Source: an uncultured Verrucomicrobiae bacterium
Lineage (GTDB): Bacteria > Verrucomicrobiota > Verrucomicrobiia > Chthoniobacterales > Chthoniobacteraceae
Length of the DNA: 64,000 bases
Assembly (NCBI GenBank): GCA_963828525.1
Contig: CAWHEP010000010.1
Coordinates: forward strand, 192,001 to 256,000
Direction: 5' to 3'
Part shown: in pieces, positions 9,925 through 19,896 of the stretch
Numbering within the stretch: position 1 is the first letter of the stretch
Layout of the letters: each line of letters opens with the position of its first letter
Notes under the pieces: model-generated
The model's database searches: none
What the model was told of the DNA's origin: nothing
What the model saw: the letters and a program-made list of their open reading frames with translations, nothing else
Program-made: the position numbers and the translations under genes

Positions 9925-11520
9925 ATGTCCACCCTTTACCTCGTTGCGAATGGCGACCTTCGCCTGGCCGCGAATCAGAAATGCCAGGAAGCGCAAGCCG
10001 CGATGGAGCTTCGCATTACTGCCGCTGTTCGGGACCAAGGCTGGGACGTTATCCGCGCGCATCCCTTCGATCCCGAGAAACAGCACGGCTTCATCGATAG
10101 CCAGAGATACGGCATTGAAGTCTTCAGCAATATCCCAGCGCGCGCGCCCATAATCGTCGCAGAAGCAGTCTGGCAGTATAGCCATCATATTCTTCCGGGC
10201 CTCCTTACGCATAAAGGCCCCATCCTGACCATGGCGAACTGGAGTGGAGCATGGCCCGGGTTGGTAGGAATGCTGAACCTGAACGGGTCACTCACCAAGG
10301 CTGGCATAGATTACAGCACAATCTGGAGCGAGAGCTTCGACGACGAGTTCTTCCTTAAAGCCCTCCACTCCTGGCTGAAGCGCGGAACCATCAAGCACGA
10401 CACATCCCATGTCCGCGAACTGGACGACGTGTCTATCCCCCACAAGATGCGCAAGGCTGGCCGTCAATGCGCCAGGACTCTTAAGAAGAACAAAGCCATC
10501 ATGGGCGTGTTCGACGAGGGCTGCATGGGGATGTACAACGCCATCATTCCGGACGAACTCCTTGCCGACACCGGTGTCTTCAAGGAGCGCCTCAGCCAGT
10601 CCTCTCTCTACGCGCGCATGCTCACGGTTTCCGACGACGAAGCGAAAGGCGTCCTCGATTGGCTTCTGGCGCGCGGTATGACTTTCCGCCTCGGGCCGAA
10701 CAAAGAGACCGATCTCACGGTCGAACAACTCCTCAGCCAGTGCGCGATGTATATAGCCGCCGCGCGGATCGCCGCTGAGTTCGGCTGCGCCACCATAGGC
10801 ATCCAGTACCAGCAGGGCCTCAAAGATCTCACAGCCGCGTCCGACCTTGCCGAAGGTTTGCTGAATAACGTCGACCGGCCGCCTGTCTTCCGGGCGGGCA
10901 CTTCCGAAGAACTCTATCCCGGGGAAGCGCTTCCTCACTTCAACGAAGTGGACGAATGCGCCGGCCTCGATGGCCTGGTGACTTACGCCCTTTGGCGGCA
11001 ACTCGGTTTTCCGCCGGAAAACACTCTCCACGATATCCGGTGGGGCCGCCACTACGGAGGCGATATCGACGATTTCGTCTGGGTGTTTGAGATTTCAGGC
11101 GCAGTCCCACCGGAACATCTCATTGGAGGCTACGCTGGCGCGACCAGCGAACGTCAGCCTCCCATGTATTTCAACCTCGGCGGCGGCACCATCAAAGGCA
11201 TCAGCAAACCGGGCTGGATCGTCTGGAGCCGCGTCTACATCGAGAAAAAAATACTGCTTTTTGATATCGGCCTTGGCGAAGTCGTTGCGCTTCCGCCGGC
11301 CGAAACCGAGGAACGATGGAACCTCACCACCTCACAATGGCCCATCATGCACGTCGTCCTCAAAGGCGTGACCCGCGATCAGATGATGGCAAGACACAAA
11401 TCCAACCACATACAGGTGGTATACGCTCCCGACCAGGCGTCCGCGAAGCGCGGCCTCTACGCCAAAGCCGCCGCAATGCGCGAGCTAGGCCTTGAAGTAT
11501 TCGTCTGCGGCAGCATCTAA
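9925..11520 (+). CDS. L-fucose/L-arabinose isomerase-like protein
   Basis: 531 aa; WQYSHH, GLVGMLNLNGSLTK, FDEGCMGMYNA, IQYQQGLKD, HFNEVDE motifs; adjacent to a rhamnulokinase. Confidence 0.8.
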   Translation: MSTLYLVANGDLRLAANQKCQEAQAAMELRITAAVRDQGWDVIRAHPFDPEKQHGFIDSQRYGIEVFSNIPARAPIIVAEAVWQYSHHILPGLLTHKGPILTMANWSGAWPGLVGMLNLNGSLTKAGIDYSTIWSESFDDEFFLKALHSWLKRGTIKHDTSHVRELDDVSIPHKMRKAGRQCARTLKKNKAIMGVFDEGCMGMYNAIIPDELLADTGVFKERLSQSSLYARMLTVSDDEAKGVLDWLLARGMTFRLGPNKETDLTVEQLLSQCAMYIAAARIAAEFGCATIGIQYQQGLKDLTAASDLAEGLLNNVDRPPVFRAGTSEELYPGEALPHFNEVDECAGLDGLVTYALWRQLGFPPENTLHDIRWGRHYGGDIDDFVWVFEISGAVPPEHLIGGYAGATSERQPPMYFNLGGGTIKGISKPGWIVWSRVYIEKKILLFDIGLGEVVALPPAETEERWNLTTSQWPIMHVVLKGVTRDQMMARHKSNHIQVVYAPDQASAKRGLYAKAAAMRELGLEVFVCGSI

Positions 11521-11561
11521 CCCCTTCTCCTCCCACCAGTCTCCAATCCCACCGAATCCCT

Positions 11562-13034
11562 ATGACCCAATCCCAATACATAGCCTGCGACCTTGGCGCC
11601 GAGAGCGGTCGTGTCATGGTCGGCCAGCTCGCGGCCGGTAAACTCACGCTTGATGAAGTCCATCGCTTCTCCAACGCCCCCATCCGCGTCTTGGGCGCTC
11701 TCCGCTGGGACATCCTCCGCATCTTCGAAGAACTCAAAACAGGCATCAAGAAAGTCTGCGATTTTCACGCCGATGTTGCCGGCATCAGCGTGGATTCCTG
11801 GGGCGTGGATTACGTCTGGTTCAACGCCGCCGACCCGCAACTTGGCGTACCTTTCCATTATCGCGACCCGCGGACCGACCGTTTTTATGAATCAACCCGC
11901 GCCAGCCTTTCGGATGAATTCATCTTTTCGCAGACCGGCATTCAGTTCATGGGCCTTAACACCCTCTACCAACTGCTCGCCGATAAAGAAGATCGTCCCG
12001 GGGTTTTGGGCCTGGCCGATGGGTTCCTTAACATCGCCGATTACCTCAACTACCTTCTCTGCGGCGTCCCGCGCGCCGAGGAAAGCCTTGCGAGCACCAC
12101 TCAACTTTATAACCCAAACACCCGCTCCTGGGCCGATGAACTCATCCAACGGATCGATCTTCCCAGAAAACTCTTTCCCGCCATTGTCCCCTCCGCCACC
12201 GTCCTCGGTCCCCTCCTACCGGATATTTCCACGGAGACCGGCCTTGGCCCTGTCCCGGTCATCGCGACCTGTTCGCACGACACAGGAGCCGCTGTCGCCG
12301 CTGTCCCGGCCATCGGACGCGATTGGGCCTATCTCAGTTCTGGCACCTGGTCTCTTATTGGCGTCGAGCTGGGCGCCCCGCTCATAAATGCTCACGCCAG
12401 GGCACTGAATTTCACCAACGAAGCGGGCTGCGAGGGCACCATCCGATTCCTGAAAAACATTGTCGGCCTCTGGCTGCTTCAGGAGTGCCGCCGCCAGTGG
12501 GCTTTGGAAGGAACAACGTATGACTACGACGAGCTCACGCGCCTTGCCCAATCCGCCGAACCACTCCGCTTCCTCATCGACCCCGGCGACCCTCGTTTCC
12601 TGCGCCCCGGCGACATGCCCGAGAAAATTCGCTCATCCTGTGAAGAGAAAGGCGCTCCCGCCCCATCCACGCCCGGCCAGTTTGTCCGCTGCATTCTCGA
12701 GAGCCTCGCCCTCCTCTACCGCAAAACCCTGGACGATCTGGAAACCCTCACCGGTGTCAGCATACGCGTCCTCCACATCGTGGGCGGCGGCAGTAAAAAC
12801 GCCCTTCTCAACCAATGCGCCGCCGATGCCACCGGGCGCCAGGTCGTGGCAGGCCCCGTCGAAGCCACTGCCATCGGCAACGTCCTCATCCAGGCCATCG
12901 CCCTTAAGCACATAGACACGCTCGCGTCCCTCAGATCAATCGTGAGCCACTCCTTCCCGGTGCATACATACCAGCCCTGCCACTCCCCTGAATGGCAAGC
13001 TGCTCTAAAGCGTCTCTACCCGGAACACAGGTAG
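11562..13034 (+). CDS. rhaB: Rhamnulokinase (FGGY family)
   Basis: DLGAESGR, DSWGVDY, HDTGAAV, SSGTWSL, TNEAG, GPVEATAIGN motifs. Confidence 0.9.
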   Translation: MTQSQYIACDLGAESGRVMVGQLAAGKLTLDEVHRFSNAPIRVLGALRWDILRIFEELKTGIKKVCDFHADVAGISVDSWGVDYVWFNAADPQLGVPFHYRDPRTDRFYESTRASLSDEFIFSQTGIQFMGLNTLYQLLADKEDRPGVLGLADGFLNIADYLNYLLCGVPRAEESLASTTQLYNPNTRSWADELIQRIDLPRKLFPAIVPSATVLGPLLPDISTETGLGPVPVIATCSHDTGAAVAAVPAIGRDWAYLSSGTWSLIGVELGAPLINAHARALNFTNEAGCEGTIRFLKNIVGLWLLQECRRQWALEGTTYDYDELTRLAQSAEPLRFLIDPGDPRFLRPGDMPEKIRSSCEEKGAPAPSTPGQFVRCILESLALLYRKTLDDLETLTGVSIRVLHIVGGGSKNALLNQCAADATGRQVVAGPVEATAIGNVLIQAIALKHIDTLASLRSIVSHSFPVHTYQPCHSPEWQAALKRLYPEHR

Positions 13035-13112
13035 GGCTCTTCGAGCCATCCGTTTAAATCGCTGCAAGAATTACGGAGATTGTTTTAGAGCGGGGAGAGT
13101 AACGTCAATACT

Positions 13113-13141
13113 GACGGACACCTCGGCGAGGTGCCCCTACC
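13113..13141 (-). repeat. GTAG-type REP-like palindrome; related copies at 18395-18420 and 63498-63523
   Basis: Reverse complement GGTAGGGGCACCTCGCCGAGGTGTCCGTC compared with GGTAGGGAAGCCTCGCCGAGGCGTCCG at ~63498 and GCAGGGAAGCCTCGCCGAGGCGTCGG at ~18395; all intergenic. Confidence 0.65.
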
Positions 13142-13154
13142 TATGCAACCCTAC

Positions 13155-14456
13155 CTAGATCCAGGTTCCTCGCGGTATAACCGCGTTTTTCGGAATAACG
13201 ATAATTCCGTCGCGTATATAGTAATTCTCCCCATCCACATTCTCTGGCTTCCCTTTTGGGGTTATCACAACGTCATCTCCGATTCGCGCGTTCTTATCGA
13301 TGATCGCGTGATCGATAGTGCAATTTCTCCCGATCCCGATTCGCGTTTCAATTTTGTCCTTTGAAGCCAGGTCAGCCTCATAGAAATCGGCTCCCATCAC
13401 TATGCTTTCGCGGATCGTTGTCCCCGCGTCTATATAGCTTCGGACGCCTATCACGCAGCGCTCGATCGTCGCGTGCGATATGATGCAGCCGTCCGACACC
13501 ACCGCCTGGCTTATCTTGGCCGCGTTCAGCTTGCTTGCCGGCAGGAACCGCGCGTGTGTGTACACCGGCGCGGTTGTGTCGAAAAAACTATAGGCTGGCA
13601 CGGCGTCCGTTAGATTAAGATTTGCTTCGAAGAACGCGCGTATAGTCCCGATATCTTCCCAATACCCCTGGAAGATATACGAGTTCACCTTATATTTCTT
13701 GATCGCCTCGGGTATGATGTGTTTGCCGAAATCCGCGAAGTCATTATCCAGCGCCTCGATCAACACATCGCGGTTGAACACATAGATCCCCATTGAAGCC
13801 TGGTATAGCTCCTCCGTTTCATCTCTCCCGAGTTCTCCCAGCACCTTCGCCGGTATTTTTAGCTCATTCAGCAACTCGTCTGTCTTTGGCTTTTCTTCGA
13901 ACCGGAATATCCTGTGATCCGCGTCGCTATGCATGATCCCGAAATCGGTGGCCGCGCTCCGCGCCACCGGGATTGTCGCAAGCGTTATATCCGACTTTTT
14001 TTCGAGGTGCTGCTCCAGCACCAGCCGGTAATCCATTCGGTACAACTGATCCCCGCTCAGGATGATGTAGTAGTCGTAGGGCCGTTGCAGGAAATCTCGC
14101 ATATTCTGCCTCACAGCGTCCGCCGTTCCTTGATACCACGTCGATCCCTCCGGCCGCTGCTGCGCCGCGAGAATTTCCACGAAACTCCGTGAGAACATGT
14201 CGAACTTGTAGCTGGAACTAATGTGCCGGTGCAGCGACGTGCTGTTGAACTGCGTCAGAACGTAGATGTGCCTCAACCCCGAGTTGATGCAGTTGCTCAC
14301 GGGTATGTCTACCAGCCGGTACTTCCCTGCCAGCGGCACCGCGGGTTTGGAACGATCCTTCGTGAGCGGGAACAGGCGCGTTCCCGCTCCGCCTCCCATG
14401 ATGATGGCAAGCGTGCTTGTCTTGGAGAGATCGGCTGTTTTCATACGGTTCGGCAT
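13155..14456 (-). CDS. glgC: Glucose-1-phosphate adenylyltransferase
   Basis: GGGAGTRLFPLT, KPAVPLAGKYRLVD, WYQGTADAVRQ, SMGIYVF, YWEDIGT motifs. Confidence 0.97.
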   Translation of the reverse strand: MPNRMKTADLSKTSTLAIIMGGGAGTRLFPLTKDRSKPAVPLAGKYRLVDIPVSNCINSGLRHIYVLTQFNSTSLHRHISSSYKFDMFSRSFVEILAAQQRPEGSTWYQGTADAVRQNMRDFLQRPYDYYIILSGDQLYRMDYRLVLEQHLEKKSDITLATIPVARSAATDFGIMHSDADHRIFRFEEKPKTDELLNELKIPAKVLGELGRDETEELYQASMGIYVFNRDVLIEALDNDFADFGKHIIPEAIKKYKVNSYIFQGYWEDIGTIRAFFEANLNLTDAVPAYSFFDTTAPVYTHARFLPASKLNAAKISQAVVSDGCIISHATIERCVIGVRSYIDAGTTIRESIVMGADFYEADLASKDKIETRIGIGRNCTIDHAIIDKNARIGDDVVITPKGKPENVDGENYYIRDGIIVIPKNAVIPRGTWI

Positions 14457-14515
14457 GGGGGTTCTTTTGCGGCGATCTTGCCGCTTGGCGTAAACTTTGT
14501 CACATTCAAAAGCTT

Positions 14516-16366
14516 ATGTGCGGAATCATCGGTTACATCGGTCAATCCCAGGCCGTCCCTATTCTTCTCGATGGCTTGCGCCGCCTTGAATACCGCGGCT
14601 ACGACTCCGCTGGGCTCGCCACTCTTTTTGACGGATCGCTTATCCTGAAAAAAGCCGCTGGACGCATCGGCAACCTTGCCGAACTCATCCAAAAAGATCC
14701 GCCCAAAGGCACCATCGGCATCAGTCACACCCGCTGGGCCACTCACGGCCGGGTCACGGATCAGAACGCCCATCCTCACACTGACCAGGGCGGCCGGCTC
14801 GCAATCGTCCACAACGGGGTCATCGAGAATTATCAGACCCTCAGGGAGGAGTTGATTCGCGAGGGCCACACCTTCAATTCGCAGACCGACACGGAGGTGC
14901 TCGCGCATCTCGTCGGGAAACATTACGATGCCGCCGGCGGCGAGCACAAAAAGGCCCGTCTCGTTGAAGCCCTCCGTCTCGCCCTGAAGCAGGTCGTTGG
15001 CACGTACGGCGTCGTCCTCCTTCATCAGGATCTGCCCGATCTCCTCCTCGGGGCCCGGCGCGGCAGCCCCCTTGTTCTCGGCATTGGCGCGGGCGAGAAC
15101 TTCTTCGCCAGCGATGTGGGCGCTGTCGTTGCTCATACCCGCGATGCCGTCTATCTCAACGACTTCGATATCGCCTGTCTTGACCGCCAGTCCTTCGAAA
15201 TCACTTCCCTTCTCGGCGGAGCTTCCGGCTTTGAAGTCACGAAAGTCGAGTTTAGCGAGGAAGACGTCAGCAAAGGCGATTTCCCGCACTACATGCTCAA
15301 GGAAATTTACGAGCAGCCTGAAACGGTCCGGGACGCGATGCGCGGACGTCTCTCCTTGGAAGAAGCGACCGCCGTTCTGGGCGGCCTGGAGATGACCCCT
15401 AAAGAACTCCGCGAGATTGACCGCGTCGTCCTCTGCGGCTGCGGCACGGCCTTCCACGCGGCCATGGTCGGCGAGTACCTCCTCGAAACTCTTGCCCATA
15501 TCCCCACCGAGGTCGAATTCGCCAGCGAGTTCCGCTATCGCAACATGCCCATGACCAAAGACACCCTCGTCTTCGTCATCAGCCAAAGCGGCGAGACCGC
15601 CGACACGCTTGCGGCCATGCGCGAAAGCCAGCGCAAAGGCCATCGCGCGCTTGGCATCTGTAACAACGTCGCCAGCACCATCGCGCGCGAAAGCGACGGC
15701 GGCGTTTACATGCATGCCGGCCCCGAGATCGGCGTTGCTGCCACGAAATCTTTCACCTCCCAGATCACCATCCTGACTCTCCTCGGTCTTCTCCTGGGAC
15801 GCATCAGGCACCAATCCTCCTCCGAAGGCCTCCGCGTCATCGAGGAAATGCAAACCCTTCCAAGCCTCATCTCACGCATCCTCGCGCAGAACGACCACAT
15901 CAAAGCCATCGCCGAGAAATACTCCTATGCGCGCGCCATGATGTTTCTCGGGCGCCAGTTTAATTTTCCGGTCGCGCTCGAGGGTGCCCTCAAGATGAAG
16001 GAGATCAGCTACATCCACGCCGAGGGACACCCAAGCGCCGAGCTAAAACATGGCGTCATAGCGCTTATCACCGACCAGCTACCCTCCGTCTTTATCGCCC
16101 CCGACGACGCCATCTTCGACAAAAACATCAGCAACATGGAAGAGGTCAAAGCTCGCAAGGGCCCCCTCATCGCCATCGGGACAGAAGGTTGCGCCAGGCT
16201 CGAAGAAGTGGCCGACGACGTGATCTTCGTCCCCAAGTGCTCCGACTTTCTCTCGCCCATCCTCACCGTCATTCCCCTTCAGCTCCTCGCCTACCACCTC
16301 GCCGTGAAACTAGGCTGCGACGTTGACAAACCTCGCAACCTGGCCAAAAGCGTCACCGTAGAGTGA
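14516..16366 (+). CDS. glmS: Glutamine-fructose-6-phosphate aminotransferase
   Basis: MCGIIG start at 14516; EYRGYDSAG, HTRWATHG, SQSGETADT; ends DKPRNLAKSVTVE. Confidence 0.98.
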   Translation: MCGIIGYIGQSQAVPILLDGLRRLEYRGYDSAGLATLFDGSLILKKAAGRIGNLAELIQKDPPKGTIGISHTRWATHGRVTDQNAHPHTDQGGRLAIVHNGVIENYQTLREELIREGHTFNSQTDTEVLAHLVGKHYDAAGGEHKKARLVEALRLALKQVVGTYGVVLLHQDLPDLLLGARRGSPLVLGIGAGENFFASDVGAVVAHTRDAVYLNDFDIACLDRQSFEITSLLGGASGFEVTKVEFSEEDVSKGDFPHYMLKEIYEQPETVRDAMRGRLSLEEATAVLGGLEMTPKELREIDRVVLCGCGTAFHAAMVGEYLLETLAHIPTEVEFASEFRYRNMPMTKDTLVFVISQSGETADTLAAMRESQRKGHRALGICNNVASTIARESDGGVYMHAGPEIGVAATKSFTSQITILTLLGLLLGRIRHQSSSEGLRVIEEMQTLPSLISRILAQNDHIKAIAEKYSYARAMMFLGRQFNFPVALEGALKMKEISYIHAEGHPSAELKHGVIALITDQLPSVFIAPDDAIFDKNISNMEEVKARKGPLIAIGTEGCARLEEVADDVIFVPKCSDFLSPILTVIPLQLLAYHLAVKLGCDVDKPRNLAKSVTVE

Positions 16367-16374
16367 CAAGCACG

Positions 16375-17535
16375 TCAAAAGACGCGCTCGCCCGCGACGA
16401 AAGTCCTCCAAACCTCCAAATTCGTCGACAGCACTACCAAATCCGCGTCGTAGCCCTCGCGGATACAACCACGCCGATCCTCCAGCCCCGCCCCGCGCGC
16501 GGCATTCAGCGTTGCCATCCGGATTGCCTCATGCAAAGGCGCGCCCACCATCTCGACCATGTTCCGAACCAGCCGGATCATATTTGCTGTGCTTCCTGCG
16601 AGCGCGTTCCCATCCGCCGTCATCCCCACATCGTCCCGGACTACGCATTCCAGCTCACCTAGCTGGAACATCCGTCCTTCAGGCAACCCCGCGCCCGCCG
16701 TCGCGTCCGTCACCAGGCAGATTCCATCCGCGCCTTTCGCTCGATATAACATCCGCATCAGCGTCGGAGACACGTGCCTGCCATCCGCGATCAGCTCGCA
16801 AAGGATTCGCGGCTCACTCATAGCGAACTCCACCAGCCCGGCCACCCGAAAGGCTCCTCGCCGCCTCGCCGAGGACATGCAGTTGAAAGTGTGCGTCACC
16901 TGCGTCATCCCTCTATGGAAAGCCGCCGCCGCTTCCTCATCCCACGCGTTGCTATGTCCGCCGCTCACCCCGATCCCCCGCCCCGACAGCCTGTCGATGA
17001 GCTCAAGCGCCCCCGGCAGCTCGGGGGCCAATGTCATCCGCGTGATGGCCGGCCGATGTTCCAGCATCCGCTCATACTCGGAGGGCTCCGGATCGTGGAT
17101 GCAACTCAACCGATGCGCTCCGGGCTTCTCCCGCGAAAAATAAGGCCCTTCGATATGCGCGCCTATCACTCGCGCTCCTGACCCGCGCGACCCCTGACAA
17201 CGCTCCACGCATTTCAAAACATCCAGGATTTTTTCCACTGGAGCCGCAACCGTCGTCAGCGCCAGCGAAGTAGTCCCTCCGCTTGCGTGATATTTGGTGA
17301 TGACGCCGAAAGCCTCCTCGGTCGCCTCCATCGTGTCCCGACCTAGGGCGCCGTGCGCGTGCAGATCGATGAACCCGGGGCTTAAGTAGCGCCCCTCAAG
17401 CTCCACCACTTCCTCGCCGTCCCGCGCCTCCAGCGGCTCCCCTGACACAGCGGCTATTTTCCCCCCGCTCAACCTCACACTTCCGTTTTCCTGGATCCGA
17501 TCAGGGAAAACGATCCGGCCATTTTGCAGTATCAT
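16375..17535 (-). CDS. nagA: N-acetylglucosamine-6-phosphate deacetylase
   Basis: PGFIDLHAHG, HIEGPY, TLAPE, GHS, THTFNCMS, IADGRH, LAGS motifs; ATGA overlap with the nagB stop. Confidence 0.95.
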   Translation of the reverse strand: MILQNGRIVFPDRIQENGSVRLSGGKIAAVSGEPLEARDGEEVVELEGRYLSPGFIDLHAHGALGRDTMEATEEAFGVITKYHASGGTTSLALTTVAAPVEKILDVLKCVERCQGSRGSGARVIGAHIEGPYFSREKPGAHRLSCIHDPEPSEYERMLEHRPAITRMTLAPELPGALELIDRLSGRGIGVSGGHSNAWDEEAAAAFHRGMTQVTHTFNCMSSARRRGAFRVAGLVEFAMSEPRILCELIADGRHVSPTLMRMLYRAKGADGICLVTDATAGAGLPEGRMFQLGELECVVRDDVGMTADGNALAGSTANMIRLVRNMVEMVGAPLHEAIRMATLNAARGAGLEDRRGCIREGYDADLVVLSTNLEVWRTFVAGERVF

Positions 17536-18317
17536 GCCGTCCTCTGCCACTCAGGCTTGTGCGCGTACACCCAGCGATAGTAATCCCCTCTCGCCAGCCC
17601 GCGCGCGGCTTCCTCGTCCACTACCAGGGTGCAGCGCGGATGCGTCTGGAGTATGGATGCCGGCAGGCTCGCCGTGACCGCGCCCTCCACCATTCCAGCC
17701 ACAGCGCCGGCCTTCTTCTCTCCCACCGCCAGCACCAGGCAATGCCGGGCTTCCATTATTGTGCCGATGCCCATCGTGATTACATGCCTGGGGACTTCCG
17801 CCGCGCTGGAGAACAGCGGCGCGTTATCCCGGATCGTGCTTTCCGTGAGTGTTTTAAGGCGTGTCCGTGAGCTCAGGGACGAGCTCGGTTCGTTGAACCC
17901 GATGTGCCCGTCGGAGCCCAGCCCGAGCAATTGCAGATCGATCCCGCCCGCCTTTCGGATCGCTCGCTCGTACTCCTCGCAATGCGCCGCCACATCCAGC
18001 CCGCTCCCGGAGGGCGCGTGGATGTTCTCGCGGGGTACATTGATCTTCGAAAAGAGGTTCGCCCTCATGTAATGCGCGTACGAAAGCGCATGGCCTTCAT
18101 CCAACCCCACATATTCGTCCAGGTTAAACGTCACCACCTGCCCGAAATCAACCCGGCCCGCCGCGAAATTCGCCACCAGTTCCCGGTATAGCCCCAGCGG
18201 TGTGTTTCCCGTCGCCAAACCGAGAACGCTCGCCGGCTTGGTCTTCAACTGCGCCCGGAAAATGGCCGCCGCTTCCAGGCTTACCTCGCCCGCGTTCGCC
18301 TTTATTATGACTTCCAT
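17532..18317 (-). CDS. nagB: Glucosamine-6-phosphate deaminase
   Basis: LGLATGNTP, FNLDEYVGL, GSDGHIGFNEP, TMGIGTI motifs. Confidence 0.97.
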   Translation of the reverse strand: MEVIIKANAGEVSLEAAAIFRAQLKTKPASVLGLATGNTPLGLYRELVANFAAGRVDFGQVVTFNLDEYVGLDEGHALSYAHYMRANLFSKINVPRENIHAPSGSGLDVAAHCEEYERAIRKAGGIDLQLLGLGSDGHIGFNEPSSSLSSRTRLKTLTESTIRDNAPLFSSAAEVPRHVITMGIGTIMEARHCLVLAVGEKKAGAVAGMVEGAVTASLPASILQTHPRCTLVVDEEAARGLARGDYYRWVYAHKPEWQRTA

Positions 18318-18524
18318 CTCATTCCCATTGGGTCAGAAGTAGATAACACGCGCCCCGCGTCGCAGTCATTCCCAAATGGTGGCGAAGCCTTCAGGCAGGG
18401 AAGCCTCGCCGAGGCGTCGGTCGGTCTGAAAACGCGCCGGTCTCCAGCGTTAGTCTGTTCCCGGCTGACTTCTGCGGCGTTTGCCGTTACCCTTCCCGTT
18501 CATCTCAGGCGCACCGCCGAAGCA

Positions 18525-18935
18525 ATGAAGTCTTCCACTCCCATGCAGGCAGCAAAAAATTCCATCGCGGAGCGCATGCGCCGCCTTGGCATACTGGAAG
18601 CCGATCTCGTGGAAAGCTTCTGCCGATCTTCGGGCCCTGGCGGACAGAACGTGAACAAAGTCTCCACCTCCGTCACTCTCAAACACATCCCCTCCAATCG
18701 ATCTGTAACGGTGCAGGATAGCCGCTCCCAATCCATGAATCGCCAGTTGGCTCGCGAACGCCTTCTCGATGCCATGGAAGAGGCCCTGCGCGTCAGGATT
18801 CTGGCCTCGCAGTCCGCCATTGCGAAACGCCGCCGCCAGAACTCGAAGCGCCCGCGCGGCGTCAAAGAGAGGATGCTCGAAGGAAAGAAACGCCGCTCCA
18901 TCGTCAAGCAAGGACGCAGGCGCGAGCACGATTGA
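18525..18935 (+). CDS. arfB: Alternative ribosome rescue peptidyl-tRNA hydrolase (ArfB/YaeJ-like)
   Basis: SSGPGGQNVNKVST (GGQ motif), RSQSMNR and a basic C-terminal tail. Confidence 0.85.
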   Translation: MKSSTPMQAAKNSIAERMRRLGILEADLVESFCRSSGPGGQNVNKVSTSVTLKHIPSNRSVTVQDSRSQSMNRQLARERLLDAMEEALRVRILASQSAIAKRRRQNSKRPRGVKERMLEGKKRRSIVKQGRRREHD

Positions 18936-18983
18936 TCTTCTTTTTCGCTCGTTGTTCTTCTGTCCTTCCCCCATATCGGTTCC

Positions 18984-19868
18984 ATGCCTTCTCTGGAGTG
19001 CGATCTTCCCGGATTCACCAAAGTCCGCAGCGGCAAAGTGCGCGAAGTGTTCGACATCGGCGAACACCTCCTCCTCATCGCCACCGACCGCATCTCCGCT
19101 TTCGACTGCATCCTTCCCAGCCCCATCCCGGGCAAAGGCGCGGTGTTAAACCAGCTCTCCGCCTTCTGGTTTCGTCAACTCGACTTTCTCCCGAACCACG
19201 TCGTTGAATCGGAATTCGCCAACTTCCCACCGTCCCTCCTCCCGTACGCCGATCAACTTCGTGGCCGATCCATGCTCGTCAAAAAAGCCCAGCCCCTCCC
19301 TGTGGAGTGCGTAGTCCGCGGCTACCTCGCCGGCTCCGCCTGGAAAGAGTACCAGAAGCATGGGAGCGTCAGCGGCGAACTCCTTCCGGAAGGCCTTCGC
19401 CAGGCTGAGTGTCTGCCGGAGCCCCTCTTCACGCCCACCACCAAAGCCGAGCAAGGGCACGACCTCAACCTCACATGGCAAGAGTGCTGCAACCTTCTTG
19501 GCAACCGGATTGCTGCCCAGCTCAAATCCTTCAGCGTCGAGATCTACGAACAAGGCCGCGAATTCGCGAAAGACAAAGGCCTCATCATTGCCGACACCAA
19601 ATTTGAATTCGGCCTTGTCGACGGCGCCGTGACCCTCATCGACGAATGCCTCACTCCTGACTCCTCCCGGTTCTGGCCCGCCACCGAATACCGCCCTGGA
19701 TCAAACCCGCCCAGCTTCGACAAACAATTTGTCCGCGACTACCTCGACCGTCTGGACTGGAACAAAACCCCGCCCGCTCCGGCCCTCCCCCCCGACGTAA
19801 TCCACATCACCAGCGCCAAATACAAAGAAGCCTACACCCGGCTCACAAACCTCCCGCTAGAACAGTAA
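18984..19868 (+). CDS. purC: Phosphoribosylaminoimidazole-succinocarboxamide synthase
   Basis: SGKVRE, TDRISAFD, ECVVRGY, ADTKFEFG, TPDSSRFW, DKQFVRD motifs. Confidence 0.97.
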   Translation: MPSLECDLPGFTKVRSGKVREVFDIGEHLLLIATDRISAFDCILPSPIPGKGAVLNQLSAFWFRQLDFLPNHVVESEFANFPPSLLPYADQLRGRSMLVKKAQPLPVECVVRGYLAGSAWKEYQKHGSVSGELLPEGLRQAECLPEPLFTPTTKAEQGHDLNLTWQECCNLLGNRIAAQLKSFSVEIYEQGREFAKDKGLIIADTKFEFGLVDGAVTLIDECLTPDSSRFWPATEYRPGSNPPSFDKQFVRDYLDRLDWNKTPPAPALPPDVIHITSAKYKEAYTRLTNLPLEQ

Positions 19869-19896
19869 AACCCTCCCTAATGCCGCCCCGAAGCAA

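Noticed and set aside
14457..14515. glmS ribozyme upstream of glmS
   Set aside because: Only ~60 bp separate the glgC and glmS starts, and no ribozyme core is recognisable.
14441..15853. Long antisense or alternative-frame ORFs (e.g. 14441..15853, 7778..8758, 5410..6615, 60278..61219)
   Set aside because: Shadow ORFs of well-supported genes in high-GC DNA, with no motifs.
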